Source of the DNA: a virus
Taxonomy: Duplodnaviria; Caudoviricetes
Length of the DNA: 64,000 nt
IMG/VR virus record: IMGVR_UViG_3300009692_000020
Location: 445 to 64,444 of that record
Strand: one strand, 5' to 3'
Both the position numbers and the translations under genes were made by a program. Below, piece after piece: positions 10,196-20,117 of this stretch (position 1 is the first letter of the stretch; each line of letters opens with the position of its first letter). The notes beneath the pieces were generated by a model that saw only the letters and a program-made list of their open reading frames with translations, did no database searches and had not been told where the DNA came from.

Positions 10196-10661
10196 TTACT
10201 ATGAATTCCACTATTTTATTAAGATCCAATGATTTACCATTTACTCCGATTATATAATCATTAAAATAAATGATTATACCATCCGGCATAACTCTAACAT
10301 TTATAAATATTTTAAAATCATTATTAGAGAATGTAACACCAGTTAATCCATTTACTGGTTCTGATGTGTGGACGACGAAAGCTATTAGACTATTTGCCTT
10401 AGCTATGAATGTGTTAGCGTTCAGTATTATCATCACCATTTCAATCAAATTATCGAAGTTCTTAGTGCCTCCCCAAATCATGAGGTTCTTATCTTGATGA
10501 ATTGTAATATAGTGTTCATTTGAATTTTTATGCCATACAGTATGGCATTTAGCTTTAAATTCACTATTATCGTAATTTAACCCATGCAAAGTAATAGGAC
10601 GCATCACAGTGGTTGATGTTTCCATCTCTACTGGTTCTTCATTCAAAATCGTTTTGATCAT
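10164..10661 (-). CDS. Hypothetical protein, 165 aa
   Basis: ORF track; SD-like GGAGG upstream. Confidence 0.6.
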   Translation of the reverse strand: MIKTILNEEPVEMETSTTVMRPITLHGLNYDNSEFKAKCHTVWHKNSNEHYITIHQDKNLMIWGGTKNFDNLIEMVMIILNANTFIAKANSLIAFVVHTSEPVNGLTGVTFSNNDFKIFINVRVMPDGIIIYFNDYIIGVNGKSLDLNKIVEFIVIGKYLYETSK

Positions 10662-10776
10662 TTTTATAATCCCTCCAACAATAATAACATACAGTAGAGC
10701 CGGGTTTTACATCCGACTTATCTACTGGATTACCGCATATACAACAGATGGGAGCATCACACTCATCATCTTGCAT
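10639..10776 (-). CDS. 45 aa putative zinc-binding microprotein
   Basis: Manual translation MQDDECDAPICCICGNPVDK...VCYYCWRDYKNDQNDFE; overlaps both neighbours. Confidence 0.45.
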   Translation of the reverse strand: MQDDECDAPICCICGNPVDKSDVKPGSTVCYYCWRDYKNDQNDFE

Positions 10777-11653
10777 ATTTGATGTAGAGTCTTTCTGTTC
10801 GTTTTCCACGTGTGATTTGATCCTTCTTATCTGCGAAATTGTTTGTATCTGAAAATGCTTGAGCGGTCATAGAAACATTTACATCCCACACTTGAATATC
10901 ATCCCAAGGGAATGTCGAATACATTTCATTTTCATATCCACTTAATGCAAAGAATCCCTTTGATTGGAAAATCATCTCACACAAATTAGTGTGGTCTTTA
11001 ATTGACATACCATGCTCATACAGATTACCGCTTGTAGTAGTATTCATGTATGGTGGATCGCAGTAGAAGACCGTATCATAACTGTCGAAGTCCTTTATAC
11101 AAGTTGTCCAATCTAGATTCTCAATTAAAACATTTTTCAATCTATTGTGTGTTTGTTTAAATATAGGAAAATGACTGTCAATGCCGTGTGATGTTTTATT
11201 TAAATCACGACCGAAATTACGTCCCAGTTTTGAGAATGAGTGCATAATCATGTAATACCAGTTAGCTGCACGTTCTACATCATCTTTACTGGTAACAATC
11301 AAATCTTGAGAATCAAGGAACATTTCTCTAGATTTCAAAGTGAGTTCTAAGTAATCAATCAGAGCCTTTAGTTTTATTGGATCTTTAATGCATCGATAGA
11401 AGTTCACTACTCCACCATATTTATCGTTATATACTTCCATCTTATCCGGTCTACGATTGAGTAGTATAATTCCGCTTCCACCAAATATCTCGACGTATTT
11501 GCCGTTATATGGTAAATGCGGAAGTATATGCTCCACACTACGACTCTTACCACCTGGATATCCAAATGGTGCTTTAACCGCTACTTCTCTAGTGGTTACT
11601 TTAGTATCGTGTCCTTCTAATCTTTCAAACATATCAAATAAGTTTTGATTCAT
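10766..11653 (-). CDS. dam: D12-class N6-adenine DNA methyltransferase (Dam-like)
   Basis: GYPGGKS, YVEIFGGSG, VYNDK, FYCDPPY. Confidence 0.9.
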   Translation of the reverse strand: MNQNLFDMFERLEGHDTKVTTREVAVKAPFGYPGGKSRSVEHILPHLPYNGKYVEIFGGSGIILLNRRPDKMEVYNDKYGGVVNFYRCIKDPIKLKALIDYLELTLKSREMFLDSQDLIVTSKDDVERAANWYYMIMHSFSKLGRNFGRDLNKTSHGIDSHFPIFKQTHNRLKNVLIENLDWTTCIKDFDSYDTVFYCDPPYMNTTTSGNLYEHGMSIKDHTNLCEMIFQSKGFFALSGYENEMYSTFPWDDIQVWDVNVSMTAQAFSDTNNFADKKDQITRGKRTERLYIKYAR

Positions 11654-14273
11654 GAACTACCGCCTCTGATATTACTGTTTCTTGTTTAATTAACTTATCA
11701 CCCAATACAACACACTTACCTGTCGATTTGATTTCCGCATCGAAAGTAATATTACCTACATAGAACTGACCACTCTGAGGTAACCTACCTTTAGGGAACA
11801 TAGGAGGGAGTTCTTTCCCAATCTTCTGCTTAGACCAAAACTCTGTTGTAGGTCCAAGCCATTCCATAAATTTATCACAGAACTCACTGAACTTAATCAT
11901 TTCACCATCACAACGGAAACATTCATCATCTATGAACATCTCTAACATACTCTTATTAGATTGTTCAATATTCATCTTGTCGGATGTTGCAATCACTGGT
12001 ACATTCAAGCGGTCGAAGGACTCCGGAAGATTATAATTAATTATGTAAGCCATGAAGTCCCTTGCTTCTTCGATTAGTGAATCAATCAACTTCTTCTTAG
12101 GTATGATGATATTCAATTTATCAACGAATAGAACTACTATTCGAGTATCGCCGGGAAATATAGGACAGGCATCATGATCATTACTCATTTGTACCCAATG
12201 TGATACATTAGGCATCATATAAGGTGTCTTGCCTTTCCTATGAATCATTATATCCCTAGCAGTAACCCAATCCTTTATTCGGTTAGCTGCTTCTCTACTC
12301 TTAGCCAAATTGATTTCCTCAACAACGCATAGTACCGCGGACTCCATCTCTGCATTGAATCCCGATTTATTAATCAAAGCGTTATCTGCTTTAACTATTC
12401 CATTAGTAACCAATAGAGATAATGCCTCATGGAATATACTCTTACCACTATTCTGAGGTCCGTAGAAGAACAAGTATGGGAGAGGTTCAGTTGGTTCTTG
12501 GAACATCGACGCTATCCAAGTGATTAGATACTCAGCACCGGAGTGAATGTTGTTGCTTTTAGCCCAATCATTCATCTTGACAATATCATCAAGACCTGCT
12601 CCACAATGACTAAGTATTCTCCACCAACTTGGACACTTCTTTGCTAAGTCTAAAGTAACATCAAGTGATGGTTGGAATCGTATTTGAGCGGAGTTCCTGT
12701 TCCATTGTCTACCGCCCGGATATTCATCTTTAAATGGTATATTAACTATCTTCCAACATTTCATAACACTATTACCTAATGCATCACGTACCTCTTGAGT
12801 AGGTAGTCCCATTGATTCAAGAACCAATCGAACGTGTGCCAGTGCTTCGAAGTTCCAACCTTCTTCTGTTCTTAATGCCCAACCATAATCTTCTCCACTT
12901 GGAGATACTAAATGTCTAATGAAATCATCATAAGATGAATTATCTTCTTTAGCTTTAACTGTTCTAGGTTTGATATATAATCTTTTCCAAGTAGCTTTCT
13001 CTTTGATCCAACCTTGCATCTCTGATTGTGGAATCTTATGCTCTTTATCCTCAATAGATACTATGAGTCTACCATCTTTATGTTCTTTGATTGAAGCAGT
13101 ACAATAATTAGCTATGTCGGGTAGTGCTAAGTGAACACCTAAAGCAGATGCAGCTAATCCTGCTTCATCAGCGGTTTTAAATACATAAGCACCGGAAGTA
13201 TGTTCTATTCCTCCGAATGTTTGAGATGCAGTTTTAATATCGGCATCGACATTGAAATAACATTTTCTCCAATTCTTATCATCTAAATCCCAATTTGTAT
13301 CTTCTGCCGTACCTGCTCCAAATCGTCTTACAACCCAACCACCTTGACGAAGAGGAAAGGCGAAACAATTAATATCGGGACGGTTTTTACCCGTTGCAAC
13401 CGTTCGGAAGATGCCACGAAGATTCATCTCTTTGTGGGCATCAGCAAGATCGGCTGTATGACAAACAAGCATATGTTTGTCGCCATCCCAATACCACATC
13501 GCTCGCCTTTCCTGTAAAAAGTTGATTAACTTCTTATGTTCTTCATCAATGGCAATATCAATCTTAGCAGTGGCAACACCATCAAAGTCTTTTACTCTAG
13601 GTTTGCCTCCGATTACGAAATCAATCTGATCTTTCCAGTTGGGAACATCATCAAGTGGCTTACCTTGTTTAATGAGAAGTAAGCCTTGATTCTCTTTGGT
13701 CATCTTACGATGCCAAACAAACATATTACCGCCACAAATATCTACTTTGTCTTTAAGTGGAACTCCACTTTGGGCTGATATTTTATGTAAGATGGCTCTC
13801 GCAAGGGCTGCATGTTCCGAGCGATTAGTAGTTGGGATCGGAGGATTGAGTGTAACATAGATGTGAAGTCCTTTTCCCCCAGTAGACTTACGAATGGTGA
13901 CGTAATCGATTTCTGCAATAGAACCACTGATCTCTTTGATTTCTCCATCGGTAAGTCCTTTCTTATGCCCAACAATAGAATCGAAGTCGAAGGCTACCCA
14001 TCGGGATAACTTGTTCTTCCAATCCCAACCAGTTAAGCCTATACCTTCTACGTGGGCATCAAAATTGAAGTTAATGATTTTTGAATCAGACTCATTGTCA
14101 GATATAACAAATGGATACCATGTTTCAATTCCATTTGTAAAGGTTGCTCCATCCCTATTAGTTGAGCCATCTGATGAAACAAGTACATGACACTGCATGA
14201 ATGATTCGTAAATCATCGCGAGGTCAGAATGAGTTTGGGCAGTTAGAAATTTTTTAACGACATCACTACGCAT
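11634..14273 (-). CDS. AEP primase-polymerase fused to SF3 (D5-like) helicase
   Basis: AFDFDS and KSTGGKGLHIYV (AEP motifs); Walker A GPQNSGKS; VVEEIN; QMSND. Confidence 0.85.
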   Translation of the reverse strand: MRSDVVKKFLTAQTHSDLAMIYESFMQCHVLVSSDGSTNRDGATFTNGIETWYPFVISDNESDSKIINFNFDAHVEGIGLTGWDWKNKLSRWVAFDFDSIVGHKKGLTDGEIKEISGSIAEIDYVTIRKSTGGKGLHIYVTLNPPIPTTNRSEHAALARAILHKISAQSGVPLKDKVDICGGNMFVWHRKMTKENQGLLLIKQGKPLDDVPNWKDQIDFVIGGKPRVKDFDGVATAKIDIAIDEEHKKLINFLQERRAMWYWDGDKHMLVCHTADLADAHKEMNLRGIFRTVATGKNRPDINCFAFPLRQGGWVVRRFGAGTAEDTNWDLDDKNWRKCYFNVDADIKTASQTFGGIEHTSGAYVFKTADEAGLAASALGVHLALPDIANYCTASIKEHKDGRLIVSIEDKEHKIPQSEMQGWIKEKATWKRLYIKPRTVKAKEDNSSYDDFIRHLVSPSGEDYGWALRTEEGWNFEALAHVRLVLESMGLPTQEVRDALGNSVMKCWKIVNIPFKDEYPGGRQWNRNSAQIRFQPSLDVTLDLAKKCPSWWRILSHCGAGLDDIVKMNDWAKSNNIHSGAEYLITWIASMFQEPTEPLPYLFFYGPQNSGKSIFHEALSLLVTNGIVKADNALINKSGFNAEMESAVLCVVEEINLAKSREAANRIKDWVTARDIMIHRKGKTPYMMPNVSHWVQMSNDHDACPIFPGDTRIVVLFVDKLNIIIPKKKLIDSLIEEARDFMAYIINYNLPESFDRLNVPVIATSDKMNIEQSNKSMLEMFIDDECFRCDGEMIKFSEFCDKFMEWLGPTTEFWSKQKIGKELPPMFPKGRLPQSGQFYVGNITFDAEIKSTGKCVVLGDKLIKQETVISEAVVHESKLI

Positions 14274-14353
14274 TGATTAGCCAATCTTTTTAAATAATCA
14301 CAATCAATTTTGAAATGCTTATGATTGTGATTCTGCAACGGGTAAATTCCTTA

Positions 14354-14542
14354 CAATGTACTATACTACAATATAAGGTAAAAAACAAGTATTATTTAAC
14401 TTACTAACTTACTAACTTACAAATATTTATAGATTGCTAAATATTGTAATATATACCATATATATAAACGTATTTCAAACTGTTTTTTAGTAAGTTTGTA
14501 ACCTTACTTGTTTTTTCTTATATATTGTAGTATAGTACATTG
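14354..14542. promoter_or_regulatory. Duplicated divergent promoter pair (inverted repeat)
   Basis: 22 bp perfect IR 14354-14375 / 14521-14542, about 38 bp imperfect; the right copy reads TTGTTT-N17-TATAGT; flanking operons diverge. Confidence 0.75.
14398..14420. repeat. Tandem AACTTACT x3
   Basis: aacttact-aacttact-aacttac between the two promoter copies. Confidence 0.8.
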
Positions 14543-14655
14543 ACGGAAGGAACTATATTGATAATCACAATCAGAAGATTGCCGGAATTCTGTTTTGATG
14601 ATTATGATTATTGTTTCCTTAAAAGTGCAATGATTGAACAATCACGAGAAAGGAG

Positions 14656-15657
14656 TTGCAAATGTCAAAACTTGCGACACTCAAACTGGATCAGATCGTC
14701 GAATCTCCCGTCGCTCTGCGCTCAGTAAATGAGGAATCAGAACAGTTCCAGGAGATTGCAGAATCGATTAAGGCTAAGGGAATCGTAAATCCCATTAGCG
14801 TCCGTGAACTCCGCGACGGCGAAAATGCGGGGAAATTCTGTATCGTTGATGGTCTCCATCGCTATACAGGCGCAAAGAGGGCAGGTTTGATTGAGATACC
14901 TGTTCAGATCCTCGATGTTTCAGAGGCAGAAGCTCTTGAAACTCAGATTGTTGCGAATATTCAGAAGGTCGACACAAAGCCCGTTGAGTACGCCAAAGGT
15001 CTCAAGCGTATGCTTTCCGTCTACCCTCTCATGACCGTTGCCGATCTCGCTCAGAAGATTTGCAAATCAACGGCATGGATTTCAGAACGCTTTGGTCTCC
15101 TTACTCTTCCCAAGGAAGTACAGGACTCCGTTGATAGCGGTGAAATCAAACTCGGTAATGCGTATGCACTCAGCAAGCTACCCGAAGGCGAAATCGCAGC
15201 TTTCCTTGACAGAGCCATGACTCTTCCTCCCGTTGAATTCGTTCCCCTTGTTGAATCAAGGAAGAAGGAACTCGACAAGGCACGTCGCGAAGGCAAGGAC
15301 GGTCAGCCGGAAGAATTCGTGGCAATTCCTGTCATGAGGAAACCTGCCGAAATCAAGGGTGAATATGAATCACCGGCTATTGGCGCGAAACTCTGCAAAG
15401 AGGAAAACGCCGGTACTCCTGCCGATGGATTCGCACTTGCGATTCGCTGGGTTCTGAAAATGGACAAAGCCGCGATTGCCGAATCTCTCGCCAAGTACGA
15501 AGCCCGTAAGAAGGCTCTCGCCGAAGCGAAGGAAAGGCGTATCAAGGAAACCGTTCAGAAGAAGTACGAGAACGCCGAGGCAAAGATTGCCAAACTTCAG
15601 AAGGAAGCAGAGCAGGCTAAGAAGGATGCCGCTTCCGTCGGAATCAAGATCGCATAA
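14656..15657 (+). CDS. ParB/Spo0J-like protein 1
   Basis: SIKAKGIVNPISVR, IVDGLHRY, ANIQK, HTH (TVADLAQKICKSTAWISERF); C-terminal coiled coil. Confidence 0.9.
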   Translation: MQMSKLATLKLDQIVESPVALRSVNEESEQFQEIAESIKAKGIVNPISVRELRDGENAGKFCIVDGLHRYTGAKRAGLIEIPVQILDVSEAEALETQIVANIQKVDTKPVEYAKGLKRMLSVYPLMTVADLAQKICKSTAWISERFGLLTLPKEVQDSVDSGEIKLGNAYALSKLPEGEIAAFLDRAMTLPPVEFVPLVESRKKELDKARREGKDGQPEEFVAIPVMRKPAEIKGEYESPAIGAKLCKEENAGTPADGFALAIRWVLKMDKAAIAESLAKYEARKKALAEAKERRIKETVQKKYENAEAKIAKLQKEAEQAKKDAASVGIKIA

Positions 15658-15671
15658 CAAGTTCAGGTGAT

Positions 15672-15716
15672 GCCGAAGTAACGTTATCCACTTAGTGTAC
15701 TTAACGTTACTTCGGC
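15672..15716. repeat. 15 bp perfect inverted repeat with internal TAACGTTA palindromes
   Basis: gccgaagtaacgtta-N15-taacgttacttcggc directly after parB1. Confidence 0.85.
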
Positions 15717-15747
15717 TAATCTGCCAAAAGAAACAGGAAACAAGAAC

Positions 15748-16392
15748 ATGGAAAATGAAATAGTGAAACAGGAAAATGCGGTTGCCGTCTATGATGACTC
15801 CGTATTTAATTCGATTGCCGGATCAACAGGCTTCAAGAGGATTCAACTCTATGGGGCATCAAGCAATCTTGTTAAATCGGGCAAGTTCCCAATGGGGCAT
15901 TTTGCTCTTGTTGATGGACAGGATACCCTTGACTTGGGACAGTCATTTGATTGCTTAGTCATTGCATGGCGTCCCAAAGCGATTCGTACCGGCGATAACA
16001 TGGAAATAATCCACGATCCGAAGTCAGAAGCGTTCGCCAAAATCCAAGCAGAAGCAGGAGTCCAAGACTCCGGTTGTATGTGCGGAGTGGAGTTCCTTCT
16101 GTGGCTTCCCGACCATGGATTCGTTCCTTATTATCTGAACAACAAATCAGCACTGTATGAGGCGAAACCCCTCAGAGCGTTGATTGGCAAATCTGCAACA
16201 ATAAAGGTTATCTTCATCGAAGGTAAGAAGTACAGTTGGCATGCCCCGAAGGTGACGACTTGCTCAGTGCCTCTTGACGAAGATCTGCCTTCAAAGGAAA
16301 CGATTGAAGCAGAGATAGCCACCTTCCAAAAGCCCGACGACAAGATGTCCGAGATGGCTGCGGAAGCTGAAAAGAACGATAGGGCGAGATAA
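15748..16392 (+). CDS. Hypothetical protein, possibly ssDNA-binding
   Basis: ORF track; replication context; charged C-terminal tail. Confidence 0.5.
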   Translation: MENEIVKQENAVAVYDDSVFNSIAGSTGFKRIQLYGASSNLVKSGKFPMGHFALVDGQDTLDLGQSFDCLVIAWRPKAIRTGDNMEIIHDPKSEAFAKIQAEAGVQDSGCMCGVEFLLWLPDHGFVPYYLNNKSALYEAKPLRALIGKSATIKVIFIEGKKYSWHAPKVTTCSVPLDEDLPSKETIEAEIATFQKPDDKMSEMAAEAEKNDRAR

Positions 16393-16399
16393 CTCCTTG

Positions 16400-16582
16400 T
16401 GGGTTCGATTCACTCGTCCTATGGAAGTTCCGACACTATAATCGGATGGTTGGGCAAGGTAGGTGGAAACACCCCATGCTCACCATAGGCGGATTGGGAT
16501 AACTCAATCTCCCTATTGTGAGCATACGCACCTCGCAAGAGCATGATTGAGCAACCTCTCTAAAAAAGGTTGCTCGCTTTTT
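16400..16582 (+). ncRNA. Candidate structured RNA or cis-regulatory element ending in an intrinsic terminator
   Basis: ggtg-GAAA-cacc (16462-16473); long stem 16476-16525; ctc-GCAA-gag (16532-16541); gagcaacc/ggttgctc stem plus T-run (16549-16582). Confidence 0.55.
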
Positions 16583-16589
16583 AATAAGG

Positions 16590-17003
16590 TTGGTTATTAA
16601 TATGATACTTGGATCATCCATAAATTGGAAGCCATTTCTCGTTTCCATCAAGTCGATGGATTCGTCAATCATTCGTAAACATACGGATGAACTCAATAAT
16701 CCTCTCGATTATACTTCCTTCATAAAGATATGCAACGAGGCATTTCCAGGAACTGATGCACGAGAATTAATCTACTGTACTGATGTATTCGAAGTGAATC
16801 AGACTCCCATGAAGAACATCTTGCTAATCAATAACTTCTTAATTGTTCGGTACAATAAGGGATTCGTTTGTTTAACAGGTAACCTTGTGCAGTGGCGGGA
16901 CTTCGTAGACTATTTCCTACTGTGCCGGATTGACGAATCAATATCGGAGAGATGCATAGAGTACAAGAAAATGCTCAAGAACATAGATAAGGATATGTTT
17001 TAA
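16590..17003 (+). CDS. Hypothetical protein
   Basis: ORF track; stop abuts the helicase start. Confidence 0.6.
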   Translation: MVINMILGSSINWKPFLVSIKSMDSSIIRKHTDELNNPLDYTSFIKICNEAFPGTDARELIYCTDVFEVNQTPMKNILLINNFLIVRYNKGFVCLTGNLVQWRDFVDYFLLCRIDESISERCIEYKKMLKNIDKDMF

Positions 17004-18883
17004 TGGGAACAACGGAACAAACATACTTCAATGCTAATGGCAGGAAAGTTCCAGTAAAATTGGAATACGAAGGGGATCGTATCTTCTGTTCATTCCCCTT
17101 CAATCGCGCCCTACTGGACGAGATCAAATCATTTGATGGCGCACGTTATCATGGATATGATAAAGAGAATCCGCGGAAGATATGGTCAATCAAAGCAAGT
17201 AACAGGAATATCTTTCAATTAGAGTTCCTCGAAGGGAAGAACCCTTATATGCGCTACGATATGCCATACTTCGATTACGCTACACTTCGACCACTCTATA
17301 AGCATCAGATATTTGCAACGAAGCATCTTATCACTCGCAAACAAGCCATTCTTGCTGGCGAAATGGGAGTTGGTAAGACTTTAGCAGCTATCGAAGCTAT
17401 GGAGTGGGCTTCTCGTATTGATGGCGCAATCAACTGGCTATGGGTTGGTACGCATAGTTCTATAAATGCAGTGAAGTTGGAGTTCCGTAAGTGGAACTGT
17501 TCAATCACACCGGAGTTCGTAACGTATTCATCACTTGAGAAGTTTGTAAAGAATAATGAATACATACCTCAAGGTGTGGTCTTTGATGAGTGTTCACGAG
17601 TTAAGACTCCAGTTGCCAAAAGAAGTCAAGCAGCTTTGTACTTGGCTGAAATAGTTAGAAGCAAGTACGGCGATAGAGGACACATTTACTTGATGAGTGG
17701 TACACCCGCTCCTCACAATCCATGTGATTGGTGGCATCTCTGTGAGATAGCCTGTCCGGGATATTTAAAGGAAGGCAATATTCAGAAGTTCAGAAACAGA
17801 CTTGCTATCATCGAAGAACGTGAATCATTAAGTGGCGGTGTGTACCCTCATCTAGTAACTTGGAAGAACAGTGATGATTTATGCAACAAATGTGGAAAGA
17901 ATAAAGATGATATAAATCATAAACAGTTCGATCCTATAAGTAATTTCCCTAATGGAAATTATCATGATTTCATTCCATGTAAGAATGAAGTCCAGTATCT
18001 CGGTGAAAGACTTAAAGGATTAGTTATAACACAGTTAAAGAAAGATTGTTTAGATATTCCCGATAAGATTTATAGGCTTATTAAGTGCGAGCCGGATGCA
18101 TCTCTACTGAGAGTTGCAGAACACATTAAGAATACGTCAGGTCGTGCTATCACCGGCTTGACTTTGTTAAGGGAATTAAGTGATGGCTTCCAGTATAAAG
18201 AAGAGGAATCAAATGATAAGACCAAATGTCCTGTTTGCAATGGTACTCAAAAGTGTGAAGATTTCCCAATCGTTGATCCTAACACAGTCCCGACGGAGCA
18301 GATTAAGCCTGTTCTTGTGGAATGTTACAAGTGTGCCGGTACTGGTCTTGTTCCTCGTATCATTAGGACTACTCAAACTGTCAAATCTCCTAAAGATGAT
18401 GTTCTACGTGATTTACTTGACGAGTTCGAAGATATTGGACGTGTTGTTATATATGCTGGTTTTACGGCTTCCATCGATCGTTGTATGGATATTGCTAGAA
18501 GTCTTACTTGGAATTGTATTCGTGTTGATGGTCGTGGTTGGGTTAATGATATGGGCATTAAAGAAGATGATGTCCTTAACGAGTTCCAAAACGGATTCGA
18601 GAATCACCCCAAGATAGCCTTCATAGCGCATCCGGAGTCGGGCGGTATGGGACTAACCTTAACGGCATCACCCGTAGTCATATTCTTCTCTAATGATTTC
18701 AAAGCGGAGAATAGAATACAGGCAGAGGACAGGATACATAGACCTGGAATGGATGCCCAAAGAGGCGCAACCATAATAGATATAGTTAATCTCAAAAGTG
18801 ATGAATTGATTCTTGAGAACTTGAAGAAGAAGCGTGAACTTCAAGCCATGAGTATGGAAGAACTAAGGGAGTATATGAAATGA
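17003..18883 (+). CDS. SNF2-family SF2 helicase with zinc-finger insertions
   Basis: GEMGVGKT, FDECS, MSGTP, QAEDRIHRPG; CPVCNGT...CYKCAGTG insertion. Confidence 0.9.
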   Translation: MGTTEQTYFNANGRKVPVKLEYEGDRIFCSFPFNRALLDEIKSFDGARYHGYDKENPRKIWSIKASNRNIFQLEFLEGKNPYMRYDMPYFDYATLRPLYKHQIFATKHLITRKQAILAGEMGVGKTLAAIEAMEWASRIDGAINWLWVGTHSSINAVKLEFRKWNCSITPEFVTYSSLEKFVKNNEYIPQGVVFDECSRVKTPVAKRSQAALYLAEIVRSKYGDRGHIYLMSGTPAPHNPCDWWHLCEIACPGYLKEGNIQKFRNRLAIIEERESLSGGVYPHLVTWKNSDDLCNKCGKNKDDINHKQFDPISNFPNGNYHDFIPCKNEVQYLGERLKGLVITQLKKDCLDIPDKIYRLIKCEPDASLLRVAEHIKNTSGRAITGLTLLRELSDGFQYKEEESNDKTKCPVCNGTQKCEDFPIVDPNTVPTEQIKPVLVECYKCAGTGLVPRIIRTTQTVKSPKDDVLRDLLDEFEDIGRVVIYAGFTASIDRCMDIARSLTWNCIRVDGRGWVNDMGIKEDDVLNEFQNGFENHPKIAFIAHPESGGMGLTLTASPVVIFFSNDFKAENRIQAEDRIHRPGMDAQRGATIIDIVNLKSDELILENLKKKRELQAMSMEELREYMK

Positions 18884-19089
18884 AATTACATGGCAACGTG
18901 ATGAACTCCATCGTCAATAAGGCGTTGAAGGGTTCTATCTACGATAAGAAGTCCGATAATTTCTTCGAGAAACAAATCAAACGTGGGAAAAAATATGATA
19001 AGTTTCGTGGTGATTCATGCTACGGAGATTATTTAGATTTGTGGGGAGAAATTGGTGTCGGTGTTGGCGATGAATGGTGGAAAGATTAA
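18880..19089 (+). CDS. Hypothetical protein
   Basis: ORF track; ATGA overlap. Confidence 0.5.
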   Translation: MKLHGNVMNSIVNKALKGSIYDKKSDNFFEKQIKRGKKYDKFRGDSCYGDYLDLWGEIGVGVGDEWWKD

Positions 19090-19107
19090 TAACATAGTGG
19101 AGGATTT

Positions 19108-20010
19108 ATGGCAGATTTATCGTTGGAAAACATGAAGGAACGCTATCAAGTACATCAGATTCCGGTGAAGGAAATATTCGCTGATCCGGATTTCAACTGT
19201 CGTGGTAGTTTCAGTGCTTTGAGTGTGGTGGATATAGCTGACGATATAAAAAAGAACGGTCTACACGCACCAATCATCGTTAGGACATTGAAAGAGCCTA
19301 AAGATGGTAAGAAGTATATAATCGTTGCAGGTCATCGTCGATTCAAAGCGCATCAAGTAAATGAAGCCGAGACCATACCTTGCTTCATACGTGATGACCT
19401 TAGTGATGTGGAAGCGCGATTCATAAATCTCGCGGAGAACATCAAGAGAGCAGATTTAAACATCATGGATGAAACTAATGCATTAGGCAAGTTCATCGAC
19501 TTAGGAATGACTCAACAGGAGATAGCAGACAAGTTGTCCTCAACTCGTGGTTGGGTACAGGTTCGGTGTATGCTTCTCCAATTACCTAAAGAGTTCCAAG
19601 AAGAAGCAAGACTTGGTAATATCAATCAGACCATGATTCGTGACCTGTATACTATTAGAAAGAACGGCGGATCAATCGATGACATGGTTCAGTTGGTTCA
19701 CAAATACAAGGGAACTAAAGGCACTGCTAATGGAAAGAAGATGACCATTAGAGTAGCAAAGAAAGATGCCAAGAGGCAGAGGCACGTGTCCGAGGTACTG
19801 GAACTTCAGACTTTGATTCGTGAAACATTTGGTAACGGACTTGCTACTCGTGCCCTTGCATGGACAATAGGTGAGATAAGTGATTACGATATGCTTCTCA
19901 CTGTCGAACACGTCGCGAAGGAGAATAACATCAAGTTCGTAATGCCGGAATCACAGTGTATAAGCACGACATCTCAACTGGTGGGTGATAACAGTGATTC
20001 AGAACAGTAA
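19108..20010 (+). CDS. ParB/Spo0J-like protein 2
   Basis: DIKKNGLHAPIIVR, IIVAGHRRF, NLAENIKRADLN, HTH TQQEIADKL. Confidence 0.9.
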   Translation: MADLSLENMKERYQVHQIPVKEIFADPDFNCRGSFSALSVVDIADDIKKNGLHAPIIVRTLKEPKDGKKYIIVAGHRRFKAHQVNEAETIPCFIRDDLSDVEARFINLAENIKRADLNIMDETNALGKFIDLGMTQQEIADKLSSTRGWVQVRCMLLQLPKEFQEEARLGNINQTMIRDLYTIRKNGGSIDDMVQLVHKYKGTKGTANGKKMTIRVAKKDAKRQRHVSEVLELQTLIRETFGNGLATRALAWTIGEISDYDMLLTVEHVAKENNIKFVMPESQCISTTSQLVGDNSDSEQ

Positions 20011-20117
20011 TGACACCAGTATCAAATGTCATCGCAAGACTAAAGTCTATCACGGGCATATAGATGAGATACAATACGTGATAGACTTAGTTGATTTAGG
20101 TAAAGATTTCAATAAGA

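Noticed and set aside
16395-16420. GGTTCGATTC, resembling a tRNA T-loop
   Set aside because: The flanks do not form a 5 bp T-stem and no acceptor or anticodon arms could be built
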